Made by a program: the position numbers and the translations under genes. From positions 1,350-65,349 of the forward strand of contig CAXTDA010000001.1 in assembly GCA_964242935.1 (NCBI GenBank): a stretch of 64,000 nt of DNA, in the 5' to 3' direction. The notes under the pieces were generated by a model. The model did not search any database and had not been told where the DNA came from. It worked only from the letters and a program-made list of their open reading frames with translations. The stretch is from an uncultured Burkholderiaceae bacterium (GTDB lineage Bacteria; Pseudomonadota; Gammaproteobacteria; Burkholderiales; Burkholderiaceae_D). How positions within the stretch are numbered: position 1 is the stretch's first letter; each line of letters starts with the position of its first letter. Shown here piece by piece: positions 48,417 to 58,383 of this stretch.

Positions 48417-49331
48417 CTACGATGGATTTGAAGCCTGGCCTCGCTGCGACAGGTGCGTCACGAGCAGCTGTGCCGCCGGCTGGAGTGCATCGTACCGCTG
48501 GAAGCAGATCGCGAACTGACGCGTTGCCCAGGGATCGGTCAACGGGATGAGCTTGACCCCCGTCTTCAAGGAGAACGATTGGCCGACCTCGAGAGGGATC
48601 ACGCTGATCCCGAGGTTGGCGGCCACCACGCGGAAAGCCGAGTCGAAGTTCGACACGATGACGCGGTACGACACGGTGCGGCCGATTCGCGCGGCGGCTT
48701 GATTCAGCATCGTGTGGACCGCCGTGCTGGGCTGCAGCCCGACGTGTTCGTGGTCCAGGGTCTGCTCGAACCTGATCCTGGATCTCGCCGCGAGCGGGTG
48801 ATCGGGATGGACCGCAAGGCCCAGCCGGTCCTTCCGATACGGCTTGCGTTGCAAGCCGGTGAGATCGACACGATCCCAGCACACCCCGACCGCCGTGCTG
48901 CCTTCGCGAAGTTGCCGCGTGACGTCTCGCGACATCCGCTCTTCGATATCGACCTTGATGTTCGCATTGGCGGGCTCCCGCATGAACGAAGCGACGTCAT
49001 CGAGCAGCGACTCCGCGATCGCGGATGCGCTGGCGATCAATCGCACGTTCCCCTTGATCCCGACCGCGAACGCGGACACGTCGCTGGCGATGCGGTCCAT
49101 CGTGAACAGCATCGTCCGCGCGTGCTCGAGGAGCGCCAGTCCGGCGGGTGTCGGCTCGACGCCGCGGCGGGCCCGAACCAGCAGCGGCGTGCCCAGGTCC
49201 GCCTCGAGCTGGGCGATCCGTTTGCTGATCGCGGATGGCTCGATATGTTCCTGCTCCGCCGCGCGGGCCATGTTGCGGTGGTCGCAAACGGCGACGAGCA
49301 GACGCAAGGTCTTCAGATCCATGTCGCGCAT
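48417..49331 (-). CDS. LysR regulator
   Basis: DLKTLRL...EPSAISKRIAQLE HTH; start re-called. Confidence 0.93.
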   Translation of the reverse strand: MRDMDLKTLRLLVAVCDHRNMARAAEQEHIEPSAISKRIAQLEADLGTPLLVRARRGVEPTPAGLALLEHARTMLFTMDRIASDVSAFAVGIKGNVRLIASASAIAESLLDDVASFMREPANANIKVDIEERMSRDVTRQLREGSTAVGVCWDRVDLTGLQRKPYRKDRLGLAVHPDHPLAARSRIRFEQTLDHEHVGLQPSTAVHTMLNQAAARIGRTVSYRVIVSNFDSAFRVVAANLGISVIPLEVGQSFSLKTGVKLIPLTDPWATRQFAICFQRYDALQPAAQLLVTHLSQRGQASNPS

Positions 49332-49347
49332 GGCGTGCTCTCTGTGC

Positions 49348-49415
49348 GTTGCCGGACGGGAACTCCCAGGTTTCCAAAATAGCTCTTTCACTGCAATGGG
49401 GAAAGCCCGAGAGTC
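49348..49415 (+). promoter_or_regulatory. LysR-associated promoter element, copy 1
   Basis: GTTGCCGGACGGGAAC...AGGTTTCCAAAATAGCTCTTTC...GAAAG...GAGTC; contains a T-N11-A dyad; about 75% identical to 51803-51869. Confidence 0.65.
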
Positions 49416-49530
49416 CAACCGCCGGCCATGACGGCTCGAACGACCAAGCACCGGCGGTCGCCGCTTCCGCGCACCGACCCGACGAGCGACGCCGCGTAAC
49501 GACGGCGCGAAAAGATTATTTGGAGACGCG

Positions 49531-50865
49531 ATGAACTTGCCGATTGCCGGCCACGTGGCCGAGAACACGTGGGACCTCTATCGACGGATCGCCTGGAAGC
49601 TCTTACCGGTGCTCTTCGCGGTACAGGTCGTCGGCTTCCTCGACCGCGTCAATGTCGGCTTCGCCAAGCTGCAGATGCAGAGCGACCTCGGGCTGAGCAA
49701 TGCGGCCTACGGATTGGGGGCGGGCATCTTCTTCATCGGTTACTTCCTCTTCGAGGTACCGAGCAATCTGCTGCTCAACCGCGTCGGCGCGAAGGTGTGG
49801 TTCGCGCGGATCCTCGTGACCTGGGGCGCGGCCACCATCGCGATGGCGTTCGTCAAGGACGAGACCTGGTTCCTCATCCTTCGATTCATCGTCGGTGCAG
49901 CGGAGGCCGGTTTCGCGCCCGGGACGCAGCTCTATTTCTCGCAATGGTTCCCCGCGAAGTACAGGGGCCGCATCAACGGGCTCTTCCTGATGTCGATCCC
50001 GCTGTCGATCGTGCTGGGAGGTCCGCTTGCCGGCCTGATCCTCCAGCACCTCCATCGGCTGGGCGGCATCGGGGGATGGCAATGGTTGTTCATCATCGAG
50101 GGCCTTTTGAGCATCGGCTTGACGCCGTGGCTTCTGCTCGCGCTTCCCAGTCGGATTGCCGATGCCCGATGGCTGACCGGCGCGGAGCGTCTCATCGTCG
50201 AGCGTGACGTCACGGCGCTTGCACACGGCGCCGGTCTGTCCACGATCCGGGCCCTGCTGACTGCGCCGAGGACGCTCCAACTGTCGTTGATCTATTTCCT
50301 GATGCAATGCGGGAACTACGGCGTCGCGTTCTGGCTTCCGCAGATCATGAAGAACACCGGCATCGACTCGCCCGTCGAGATCGGGCTCCTGAGCGCGTGC
50401 CCGTACCTCCTCGCGCTGATCACCATCCTGGCGGTCGGCTACCTGTCCGACCGGTCGGAACGGCGCGTCCGCTGGCTCGCGGCGTGTGCGCTCGTCGCGG
50501 CAGCGGGTCTGGCGCTTTGCGGGATGTTCATCCAGGACACGTTGATCGCCCTGTTGGGCCTGAGCCTCGCCGCCGCGGGCATCCTGGGGACCATCCCGGT
50601 CTTCTGGGCCATGACCGCCCGGTTCTATTCGGGCGTGGCCGCAGCCGTCGGGTTCGCCATCATCAACGCGATCGGCAACCTCGGCGGATTCGCCAGTCCG
50701 TATCTCATCGGATTGATCGCCGATGCGTACGGATCGCCGTTGATCGGCTTGTATGCGCTGAGCGCGGTCGAGGTGCTCGCTGTCCTGCTGCTGCTCGTCT
50801 ATGTCCACGACCGCCCCACGCCTCGGCTGGCCGTGGCGGCAGGAACGGGAGCCCAGGTGCCATGA
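49531..50865 (+). CDS. MFS transporter, ACS family (tartrate/phthalate permease-like)
   Basis: FLDRVNVGFAKL, GAGIFFIGYFLFEVPSN, AEAGFAPG, WQWLFIIEG. Confidence 0.93.
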   Translation: MNLPIAGHVAENTWDLYRRIAWKLLPVLFAVQVVGFLDRVNVGFAKLQMQSDLGLSNAAYGLGAGIFFIGYFLFEVPSNLLLNRVGAKVWFARILVTWGAATIAMAFVKDETWFLILRFIVGAAEAGFAPGTQLYFSQWFPAKYRGRINGLFLMSIPLSIVLGGPLAGLILQHLHRLGGIGGWQWLFIIEGLLSIGLTPWLLLALPSRIADARWLTGAERLIVERDVTALAHGAGLSTIRALLTAPRTLQLSLIYFLMQCGNYGVAFWLPQIMKNTGIDSPVEIGLLSACPYLLALITILAVGYLSDRSERRVRWLAACALVAAAGLALCGMFIQDTLIALLGLSLAAAGILGTIPVFWAMTARFYSGVAAAVGFAIINAIGNLGGFASPYLIGLIADAYGSPLIGLYALSAVEVLAVLLLLVYVHDRPTPRLAVAAGTGAQVP

Positions 50866-51734
50866 TGACCATCGGCGTGACGGGAGCCTCGGGCCACCTC
50901 GGTGGTGCCGTCATCGAGAGGCTTCGCGATGCACGGCGTACCGGGTCGAAGGTCGTTGCGTTGACGCGAAACGTTTCGTCGTTTCCGCATGCGGGATCGG
51001 TCGATGCCGTCCGCGCCGCCGACTTCAACGACGGCGAGTCGCTGGTCGAGTCGCTCCGAGGCATCGACCGCCTCCTGCTCGTCTCCGTCGAAGGTCCCGA
51101 CAACGAACGGGTCCAACTCCACCAGCATGCGATCGACGCGGCGGTCGCAGCGGGCGTCGGGCGGATCGTCTACACCAGCTTCTTCGACGTCGACCCCGCA
51201 TCGCCGTCGAGCGTGGCCCGCGTGCATCGCCTCACCGAAGAAGCGGTCCGGCGTGCCGGCGTCGCGTGGACATTCCTCCGCAACGGCCCCTACATCGACA
51301 ACATCGCAGCGCGGATCGCGGAAGCCGCTCGGGACAACGGGGTCTTCCGCATGGCGGCGGGAACCGCGCGGATGCCGTTCATCGCGCGCGCCGACATCGC
51401 CACGGCGGCGGCGGCCGCGCTGGTTCGCGACGAGCACGGCAATGTGTCCTATCGGCTGAGCGGCCTGGAGCTTCTCGGCTACGACGACCTGTGCAGCCTG
51501 ATCTCCGATGCGATCGGGCGCCGGGTCCGCTACGAAGACCTCGACGACGACGCGCATCGTCGAGAACTCATCAGGACCGGGACTCCCGAAGAATACCTGG
51601 GCCGCCGGGTCGCCTATGCGCAGGCGATCCGGCAAGGGTTCATGACCGCGCTGACCGAAGACTTCAAGACGTTGACGGGTGCGGCGCCTCGGTCGATCGG
51701 CGACGTCATCCCGGAACTGATGAAGGCCCGATAG
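50862..51734 (+). CDS. NmrA/YtfG(QOR2)-like NAD(P)H-binding oxidoreductase
   Basis: TGASGHLG, RIVYTS, HRLTEE, FLRNGPY; ATGA overlap. Confidence 0.88.
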   Translation: MMTIGVTGASGHLGGAVIERLRDARRTGSKVVALTRNVSSFPHAGSVDAVRAADFNDGESLVESLRGIDRLLLVSVEGPDNERVQLHQHAIDAAVAAGVGRIVYTSFFDVDPASPSSVARVHRLTEEAVRRAGVAWTFLRNGPYIDNIAARIAEAARDNGVFRMAAGTARMPFIARADIATAAAAALVRDEHGNVSYRLSGLELLGYDDLCSLISDAIGRRVRYEDLDDDAHRRELIRTGTPEEYLGRRVAYAQAIRQGFMTALTEDFKTLTGAAPRSIGDVIPELMKAR

Positions 51735-51802
51735 TCGCGAGCAGCACGACGTCCGCCCGAGTACGGCTTCGCCGCGAGGTCGCATGCCGACGCCCTAGTC
51801 GA

Positions 51803-51869
51803 GTTTCCCGTCCGGAATTGCGAGGCTTCCAAAATACCTCTTTCGTTGCTGTGAGGAAAGTCTAGAGTC
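51803..51869 (+). promoter_or_regulatory. LysR-associated promoter element, copy 2
   Basis: GTTTCCCGTCCGGAAT...AGGCTTCCAAAATACCTCTTTC...GAAAG...GAGTC upstream of the HMG-CoA lyase. Confidence 0.65.
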
Positions 51870-51919
51870 ACGTCCACCGGCGGCATCGAAGACCGGCGAG
51901 ATCACGAAGGAGACGAGAG

Positions 51920-52876
51920 ATGGCGCGCTACCCCTCCCGGGTCGTCGTTCGCGAAGTGGGATTGCGCGATGGCCTGCAGAGCATCCAGTCCGTGCTGCCC
52001 ACCGAGCGGAAGATCGAGTGGATCCGGGATGCCTACGACGCCGGTCAGCGCGCGATCGAGGTCGGCTCGTACGTGCCGGCGCGCCTGCTGCCGCAACTCG
52101 CCGACACCGCCGACCTGGTCGCGTTCGCGAAGACGCTGCCCGGCCTGCGGGTCTCGGTGCTCGTGCCGAACCTGCGCGGCGCCGAGCGGGCGATCGAGAC
52201 CGGCGCGGACCTGCTGCTGGTCCCGCTGTCGGCGAGCCACGCACACAGCCTGGCGAACCTGCGGAAGACGCCGGACGAAGTCGTCGCCGAGGTCGCGCGC
52301 ATCCGTGCGGCGCGCGACGCGGCCGGGTCGAAGACCGAGATCGAGGGCGGCATCGGCACCGCGTTCGGCTGCACGATCCAGGGCGACGTGGCGACCGTGG
52401 AAGTGCTTCGCTGCATGCAGGCGCTGCTGGACGCGGGCGCCGATCGCGTCAGCATCGCCGACACCGTCGGCTACGCGGACCCGGGCACCGTTCGCGAACT
52501 GTTCGAGCAGGCTCGAGCGATCGCAGGCGACCGGTTCTGGTGCGGCCACTTCCACGACACGCGCGGCCTCGCGCTCGCGAACGTCTATGCGGCGCTGGAG
52601 ACCGGCGTCGCCTGCTTCGACGCGACGCTCGCCGGCATCGGCGGCTGCCCGCATGCGCCGGGCGCGAGCGGCAACGCGTCGACCGAGGACCTCGCCTTCA
52701 TGCTCGCGAGCATGGGGATCGACACCGGCATCGACATCGACCGGCTCCTGGCGCTGCGCGCGAAGGTGGCCGACTGGCTCGCCGGCGAATCGCTCCACGG
52801 GGCGCTCGGTCTCGCCGGTCTGCCGAAGAACTTTCGGCCCTACACGGACCATCACGTCGCGGCGGCTTCGGCCTGA
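51920..52876 (+). CDS. Hydroxymethylglutaryl-CoA lyase family protein
   Basis: AAGGAG RBS; [33 protein letters not shown]. Confidence 0.92.
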   Translation: MARYPSRVVVREVGLRDGLQSIQSVLPTERKIEWIRDAYDAGQRAIEVGSYVPARLLPQLADTADLVAFAKTLPGLRVSVLVPNLRGAERAIETGADLLLVPLSASHAHSLANLRKTPDEVVAEVARIRAARDAAGSKTEIEGGIGTAFGCTIQGDVATVEVLRCMQALLDAGADRVSIADTVGYADPGTVRELFEQARAIAGDRFWCGHFHDTRGLALANVYAALETGVACFDATLAGIGGCPHAPGASGNASTEDLAFMLASMGIDTGIDIDRLLALRAKVADWLAGESLHGALGLAGLPKNFRPYTDHHVAAASA

Positions 52877-52881
52877 ACATC

Positions 52882-54039
52882 ATGAAAAAGATCCAGTCCA
52901 CCGGTCTGCCGCTCGACGGCGTCCGCGTCATCGAGTTCACGCACATGGTCATGGGTCCGACGTGCGGGATGATCCTTGCCGACCTCGGCGCCGAAGTGAT
53001 CAAGATCGAACCGCCGGGCGGCGACAAGACGCGGAAGCTCCCGGGCCTCGGCATCGGCTTCTTCCGCTCGTTCAACCGCAACAAGAAGAGCGTCGTGCTC
53101 GACTTCAAGACGCCCGAGGGTCACGCCCAGGCCCTCGAGCTGATCGGGCAGTCCGACGTGATGCTCGAGAATTTCTCGCCGGGCCTGATGACGAAGCTCG
53201 GCCTCGACTACGACGCGCTGGCCGACCGCTTCCCGCGCCTCATCTACGTATCGCACAAGGGCTTCCTGCCCGGGCCGTACGAGAAGCGCCTCGCGCTCGA
53301 CGAGGTCGTGCAGATGATGGGCGGCCTGTCGTACATGACCGGTCCGCGCGGCAGGCCACTCCGCGCCGGCACGTCGGTCAACGACATCATGGGCGGCATG
53401 TTCGGCGCGATCGGCGTCCTCGCGGCGTTGCGCGAACGCGAGAAGACCGGACAGGGCCAGGAGATCCAGAGCGCCCTCTTCGAGAACTGCGTGTTCCTCT
53501 CGTCGCAGCACATGCAGCAGTTCTCGATGACGAACGAGCCGCCGCCGCCGATGCCGTCGCGCGTCTCGGCCTGGAGCGTCTACGACGTCTTCACGCTCGC
53601 CGAACATCAGCAGCTGTTCATCGGTGCGGTGAGCGACAAGCAGTTCCTCGAACTCTGCCGCGTCATCGATGCGCCCGAGCTCGCGAACGATCCGGAGCTC
53701 GCGACGAACGCGCTGCGGGTCGACGTGCGTCCCGATCTGCTGGAGCGGCTCGGCAAGGTCCTCGCGCACCATCGCATCGAGGACCTGATGCCGAGGCTCG
53801 AAGCGGCCGGCATTCCCTACGCGCCGATCGTGCAGCCCGAGCAGTTGCTGACCGATCCGCATCTGATCGCGAGCGGCGGCCTGGTGCCGATGCAGACCGA
53901 CGACGGCAGCTCGACGCAGGTCGTGCTGCTGCCGCTGACGCTCGGCGGCCGGAGACCCGGCGTCCGTCAGCCGCTCGCGAAGGTCGGCGAGCACAACGAC
54001 GAGATCCTGTCGCGCCTCGTCGATCACCACCCGGCTTGA
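52882..54039 (+). CDS. CoA-transferase family III (CaiB/BaiF)
   Basis: [34 protein letters not shown]. Confidence 0.92.
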   Translation: MKKIQSTGLPLDGVRVIEFTHMVMGPTCGMILADLGAEVIKIEPPGGDKTRKLPGLGIGFFRSFNRNKKSVVLDFKTPEGHAQALELIGQSDVMLENFSPGLMTKLGLDYDALADRFPRLIYVSHKGFLPGPYEKRLALDEVVQMMGGLSYMTGPRGRPLRAGTSVNDIMGGMFGAIGVLAALREREKTGQGQEIQSALFENCVFLSSQHMQQFSMTNEPPPPMPSRVSAWSVYDVFTLAEHQQLFIGAVSDKQFLELCRVIDAPELANDPELATNALRVDVRPDLLERLGKVLAHHRIEDLMPRLEAAGIPYAPIVQPEQLLTDPHLIASGGLVPMQTDDGSSTQVVLLPLTLGGRRPGVRQPLAKVGEHNDEILSRLVDHHPA

Positions 54040-54071
54040 AATCTTTCGAACTTCCGCTCGGAGCACTCCGC

Positions 54072-55148
54072 ATGGCCGACCTCTTCGACAATCCGATGGG
54101 ACTGATGGGCTTCGAGTTCGTCGAATTCGCATCGCCCGCGCCCGGCACGCTGGAACCGGTCTTCGAACGGATGGGCTTCGCGCTGGTCGCGAAGCATCGT
54201 TCGAAGGACGTCGTGCTGTTCCGCCAGGGCGACATCAACTTCATCGTCAATCGCGAGCCGAACAGCGCCGCGGCCTACTTCGCGGCCGAGCACGGACCGT
54301 CGGCCTGCGGCCTCGCGTTCCGCGTCAAGGATTCGCACAAGGCGTACGCACGGGCCCTCGAGCTCGGCGCGCAACCGCTCGACATGCCGGTCGGACCGAT
54401 GGAGCTGCGCCTCCCGGCGATCAAGGGCATCGGCGGCGCGCCGCTCTACCTGATCGATCGCTTCGAGGACGGCAAGTCGATCTACGACATCGACTTCGAG
54501 TTCATCGACGGCGTCGACCGACATCCGGTCGGCCACGGCCTGAAGCTGCTCGACCACCTGACGCACAACGTCTATCGCGGCCGCATGACGTTCTGGGCCG
54601 ACTTCTACGAGCGCCTCTTCAACTTCCGCGAGATCCGCTACTTCGACATCCGGGGCGAGTACACGGGCCTGACGTCGAAGGCGCTGACCGCGCCCGACGG
54701 CAGGATCCGCATCCCGTTGAACGAGGAGTCGTCGAAGGGCGCAGGCCAGATCGAGGAGTTCCTGATGAAGTTCAACGGCGAGGGCATCCAGCACGTCGCG
54801 CTCCTGACCGACGACCTGCCGTCGACGATCGACCGGCTCGCACTCGCCGGCGTGCCGCTGATGACGCGGCCGAACGACCACTACTACGAGGCGCTCGACC
54901 GGCGCCTGCCGGGGCACGGCCAGCCGGTCGGCGAGCTGAAGACCCGCGGGATCCTGGTCGACGGCACCACCGAAGGCGGCCCTCCGCGCCTCTTGCTGCA
55001 GATCTTCTCCGACACGTTGTTCGGTCCCGTCTTCTTCGAGTTCATCGAGCGAAAGGGCGACGACGGTTTCGGCGAAGGCAATTTCAAGGCGCTGTTCGAA
55101 TCGATCGAGCGCGACCAGGTCCGGCGCGGCGTGCTCGCCACGCAGTAG
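54072..55148 (+). CDS. hppD: 4-hydroxyphenylpyruvate dioxygenase
   Basis: [58 protein letters not shown]. Confidence 0.96.
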   Translation: MADLFDNPMGLMGFEFVEFASPAPGTLEPVFERMGFALVAKHRSKDVVLFRQGDINFIVNREPNSAAAYFAAEHGPSACGLAFRVKDSHKAYARALELGAQPLDMPVGPMELRLPAIKGIGGAPLYLIDRFEDGKSIYDIDFEFIDGVDRHPVGHGLKLLDHLTHNVYRGRMTFWADFYERLFNFREIRYFDIRGEYTGLTSKALTAPDGRIRIPLNEESSKGAGQIEEFLMKFNGEGIQHVALLTDDLPSTIDRLALAGVPLMTRPNDHYYEALDRRLPGHGQPVGELKTRGILVDGTTEGGPPRLLLQIFSDTLFGPVFFEFIERKGDDGFGEGNFKALFESIERDQVRRGVLATQ

Positions 55149-55242
55149 CCGCCGCGGGCCGGCGCCTTCGCCGGTTGGTTCCCCCGTTCCGATCGCAGGC
55201 CCCTGCAGAGGGTCGCGGTCCTTCCTTTGTCAGGAGACGACC

Positions 55243-56682
55243 ATGCAGTCCGCAACGACCACCGGGTTCGGCATCGATGCCGGCCCCCGAGCGGTTCCCT
55301 CCCCGTCGTCCGCCGCCGAGCTCTCGGCCCGCATGGATCGGCTCCCCGCGACACGGCATCTGTGGATGCTCGTCACGCTGATCTCGCTCGGTGGTTTCTT
55401 CGAGATCTACGACCTCATCTTCACCGGCTACATCGCGCCGGGGATGACGAAGAGCGGGCTGCTGCAGACCACCACGACGACCTTTTTCGGCATGGAGGGC
55501 ATCGCCGGCTTCATCGCCGCGACCTTCGCCGGCCTGTTCGTCGGCACCTTCTTCTTCGGCTGGCTGCCGGACCGCTTCGGTCGGAAGGCGGTGTTCACCT
55601 ATTCGCTGCTCTGGTACTGCCTGGGGTCCGCGATCATGGCCTTCCAGACGTCGTCGGAAGGGCTCGTCTTCTGGCGCTTCGTCACCGGCATCGGTGTCGG
55701 CGTCGAGATCGTCACGATCGACGTCTACATCACCGAGCTGGTCCCGCAGCACATGCGCGGACGGGCGATGGCGTTCAACCAGACGATCATGTTCCTCGCG
55801 GCGCCCGCGGCCGCGCTGTTGTCGTACTTCCTGGTGCCCAACGTCTACTTCGGAATCGACGGCTGGCGCTGGGTCGTGCTGATCGGCTGCGCCGGCGCGG
55901 TCGTCGTCTGGTTCATCCGCCGCGCGGTGCCCGAGAGCCCGCGCTGGCTGGCGATGAAGGGGCGCGTCGACGAGGGCGAGCGCGTCGTGTCGGCGATCGA
56001 GGCGAAGGTCGCAGCCGAGTCCGGCGAGCCGCTACCGCCTCCGGCACCGCCGGTCGTCCGGCATAAGACCCCGACAGCCAGCTTCTCCGCAATGTGGAGG
56101 CCGCCGTACCGGTCCCGCCTGATCCTGCTGATCGTCTTCAACTTCTGCCAGGCGATCGGCTACTACGGGTTCGCCAACTGGGTGCCGACGCTGCTGATCG
56201 GCCAGGGGATCACGGTCACGAAGAGCCTGCTGTACGCGTTCGTCATCGCGATCGCGCTGCCGTCGGGCCCGTTGCTCGCGATGCTGTACGCGGACAAGGT
56301 CCAGCGGAAGTGGCTGATCATGGGCGGGGCGTCGGCCGTCATCGTCTTCGGCCTGACCTTCGCCCGGATGCGCGACGTGCTGCCGCTGATCGTCCTCGGT
56401 GTCCTGATCAGCCTCGCAGGCCAGACCATCTCGGTCGCCTATCACGCGTATCAGGCCGAGTTGTTCCCCACCCAGATCCGTTGCCGCGCCAACGGGCTCG
56501 TGTACTCGGCGAGCCGGGTCGGGGCGATGTTCTCCGGCTTCCTGATCGCGTTCCTGCTCCGCGACTTCGGCGTGGCCGGCGTGTTCGTCGGCGTCACGGC
56601 CTGCTACGCCGTCGTCATCGTCGCGATCGGCGTGTTCGGTCCGAAGACCAACGGCCTCCGGCTCGAGGAGATCTCGCATTGA
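55243..56682 (+). CDS. MFS transporter
   Basis: AGGAG RBS; LSARMDRLP, PDRFGRK, PESPRWL, AELFPTQIR. Confidence 0.92.
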   Translation: MQSATTTGFGIDAGPRAVPSPSSAAELSARMDRLPATRHLWMLVTLISLGGFFEIYDLIFTGYIAPGMTKSGLLQTTTTTFFGMEGIAGFIAATFAGLFVGTFFFGWLPDRFGRKAVFTYSLLWYCLGSAIMAFQTSSEGLVFWRFVTGIGVGVEIVTIDVYITELVPQHMRGRAMAFNQTIMFLAAPAAALLSYFLVPNVYFGIDGWRWVVLIGCAGAVVVWFIRRAVPESPRWLAMKGRVDEGERVVSAIEAKVAAESGEPLPPPAPPVVRHKTPTASFSAMWRPPYRSRLILLIVFNFCQAIGYYGFANWVPTLLIGQGITVTKSLLYAFVIAIALPSGPLLAMLYADKVQRKWLIMGGASAVIVFGLTFARMRDVLPLIVLGVLISLAGQTISVAYHAYQAELFPTQIRCRANGLVYSASRVGAMFSGFLIAFLLRDFGVAGVFVGVTACYAVVIVAIGVFGPKTNGLRLEEISH

Positions 56683-56719
56683 AGGACGCCACGACGGATC
56701 TCGCGTGGTCGGGCCGCCT

Positions 56720-56983
56720 TCACCGTGCGGGTTCCTCGGTCAGCAGCGACGTCAACGTGTCCGCCGGCAGATGGCGGAGCTGATCCGCATCGAGCTTGCC
56801 GACGAACTTCCATCCGTTGGGCAGCTTGATGAAGGCGAAGGCGGTCGGCAGGTCGACGTAGATCGCGTAGTCATCAACGTCGACGCGCTGTTTGCCCTGC
56901 GGCTCCGCCGCGCCGCTGCCGAACGTGGCGACGAGCGCGCAGGTCGCCGCGACGGCATTCAGGTACGAGAGATGCGTCTTCAT
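56720..56983 (-). CDS. Small secreted hypothetical protein
   Basis: 87 aa; GAAGGA RBS; signal peptide then YVDLPTAFAFIKLPNGWKFVG. Confidence 0.65.
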   Translation of the reverse strand: MKTHLSYLNAVAATCALVATFGSGAAEPQGKQRVDVDDYAIYVDLPTAFAFIKLPNGWKFVGKLDADQLRHLPADTLTSLLTEEPAR

Positions 56984-57021
56984 GGCTGATGTCCTTCGAT
57001 GAGGTGAATCGGGTCTTTCGT

Positions 57022-57318
57022 TCAATGGGCCGCGTCGGGCCGCGTCCCGTTCCGCGACTCGTCGGCGGCCCAGGTCTCGGTGACGAGGCCTTCGTTCGCC
57101 GCGACTTCCACGGACCTCGTAGCCACGTCGCCGACAGCCGGTCGACCATGCGCGTCGCCGCCGGTCGCGTAGCCCCCGACCGCGAGGAGCGCGACCAGGG
57201 CGGCGATCGCGAGACCTTTCGCTCGTCCAGGCGTTGCACACGAAGCGCCTCCCGATCGGACGGAGGAGGACGGTGAAGCGGTCGGGACGAGCAGGGCAAA
57301 CGAAGAGGGGGCACGCAT
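57022..57318 (-). CDS. Hypothetical single-TM protein
   Basis: AGGAG RBS; one hydrophobic segment; low-complexity. Confidence 0.4.
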   Translation of the reverse strand: MRAPSSFALLVPTASPSSSVRSGGASCATPGRAKGLAIAALVALLAVGGYATGGDAHGRPAVGDVATRSVEVAANEGLVTETWAADESRNGTRPDAAH

Positions 57319-57505
57319 GGGAGGCTCCTGGCCGGTGGTTGTCGAGGCGTCGTTGCCGTCGAGGTCCGCATGGTGCGAAGCGCACGTTGCACCGACGCTT
57401 CGCGCGGCCGGCCACCGTGTTTCATTCGTTTCAGCGGGAATACCGCTTGCCGGGACGCTGCGGCTTGCCGCACAGTCCACTCATGCACTCGCCGCCCCGT
57501 CACTG

Positions 57506-57835
57506 ATGGACGAGCAGAACCAGGTCGATATCCCGCCGTCGTTCATGGCGATCCATTCGCGGAACGGACGCCCCATCGCGACCCGCGCCACCATCGAGGC
57601 GCGCTACGACCTCTGCGAGGACCTGGCGATCCAGACCGCCGAGTTCTGCCGGCAGTTGCAGTCCAAGGAAGAGCTGTCGGAAGCGACGATCCTGCGGCGC
57701 TGCCGCGCCGGGCTTCGCGAGGGCGACGCGATGGGTGCGGCCGAGGCGGACTGGGTGGTGATTCGCGCGGCCGAGTTGCTCGACTGGCGTCGCCCGGATG
57801 ATCTGGTCGACGACCCCCGGTTCGACGGCCGCTGA
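57506..57835 (+). CDS. Conserved hypothetical protein
   Basis: QVDIPPSF...ARYDLCEDLA...EADWVVIRAAELLDW resembles a small betaproteobacterial family (from memory). Confidence 0.65.
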   Translation: MDEQNQVDIPPSFMAIHSRNGRPIATRATIEARYDLCEDLAIQTAEFCRQLQSKEELSEATILRRCRAGLREGDAMGAAEADWVVIRAAELLDWRRPDDLVDDPRFDGR

Positions 57836-57837
57836 CG

Positions 57838-58170
57838 CTACGACGCCTCGGTGCGCAACGGGCCGACCCAGGCGCAGCCGATGTCGACGATCAGGCCGAG
57901 CGGCCCGGTGCCGATCAGCGTGAAGCCGTCGTCGTTCGCGGTACCGATCATGTCGAGCGAATAGTGTTCCGGGAGGCGCGAATTCATCGTCGCCGCCGGC
58001 GTCATCAGGACGTCGAAACTCGCGGTGAGGTTGTTGCTGCGTTCCCGAAGGTGGCCCTGGAGCTTGAACCGCCCGTCGTCGCCACGACCGTGGTTGTCCT
58101 GCAGCAGGAAGGTGCCCTTCCCGGCATAGCCGGACGCGCTGAAGTGCATCGAGTACGTTCCATCCTTCAT
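57838..58170 (-). CDS. GrlR-like beta-barrel protein
   Basis: GGAGG RBS; MKDGTYSMHF...GKG...RGDD resembles the GrlR N-terminus (MKDGIYS..F..G.G...GGD). Confidence 0.55.
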   Translation of the reverse strand: MKDGTYSMHFSASGYAGKGTFLLQDNHGRGDDGRFKLQGHLRERSNNLTASFDVLMTPAATMNSRLPEHYSLDMIGTANDDGFTLIGTGPLGLIVDIGCAWVGPLRTEAS

Positions 58171-58383
58171 GTGACCTCCGGGCCGTCGACGCGAAAGTCA
58201 TTCTGGCGTCCCGGTCGACGCGTCGCTGTCGGAATCGACCGCAATGGCGACCGGGGAAGTCGGCGGCGACCCGTCAGCCTTCGATCGCGTTCTCGAGTCG
58301 GCAGGCGGGCCGGCGAGCGACCGCTTCGACCGTGCGTCGGTTATCTTCGGGTCGGTTCCCGCCCGCTCGTTCGCCCCCGACCG

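Noticed and set aside
51969-55148. Apparent 1059-aa HPPD fusion
   Set aside because: The extension overlaps the lyase and CoA-transferase in other frames; the canonical HPPD start with RBS is at 54072.
55159-55180. Hairpins after hppD, near 17830, 19480-19535 and 23583-23610
   Set aside because: No convincing U-tract; GC hairpins are frequent by chance, so they are not called as terminators or ncRNAs.
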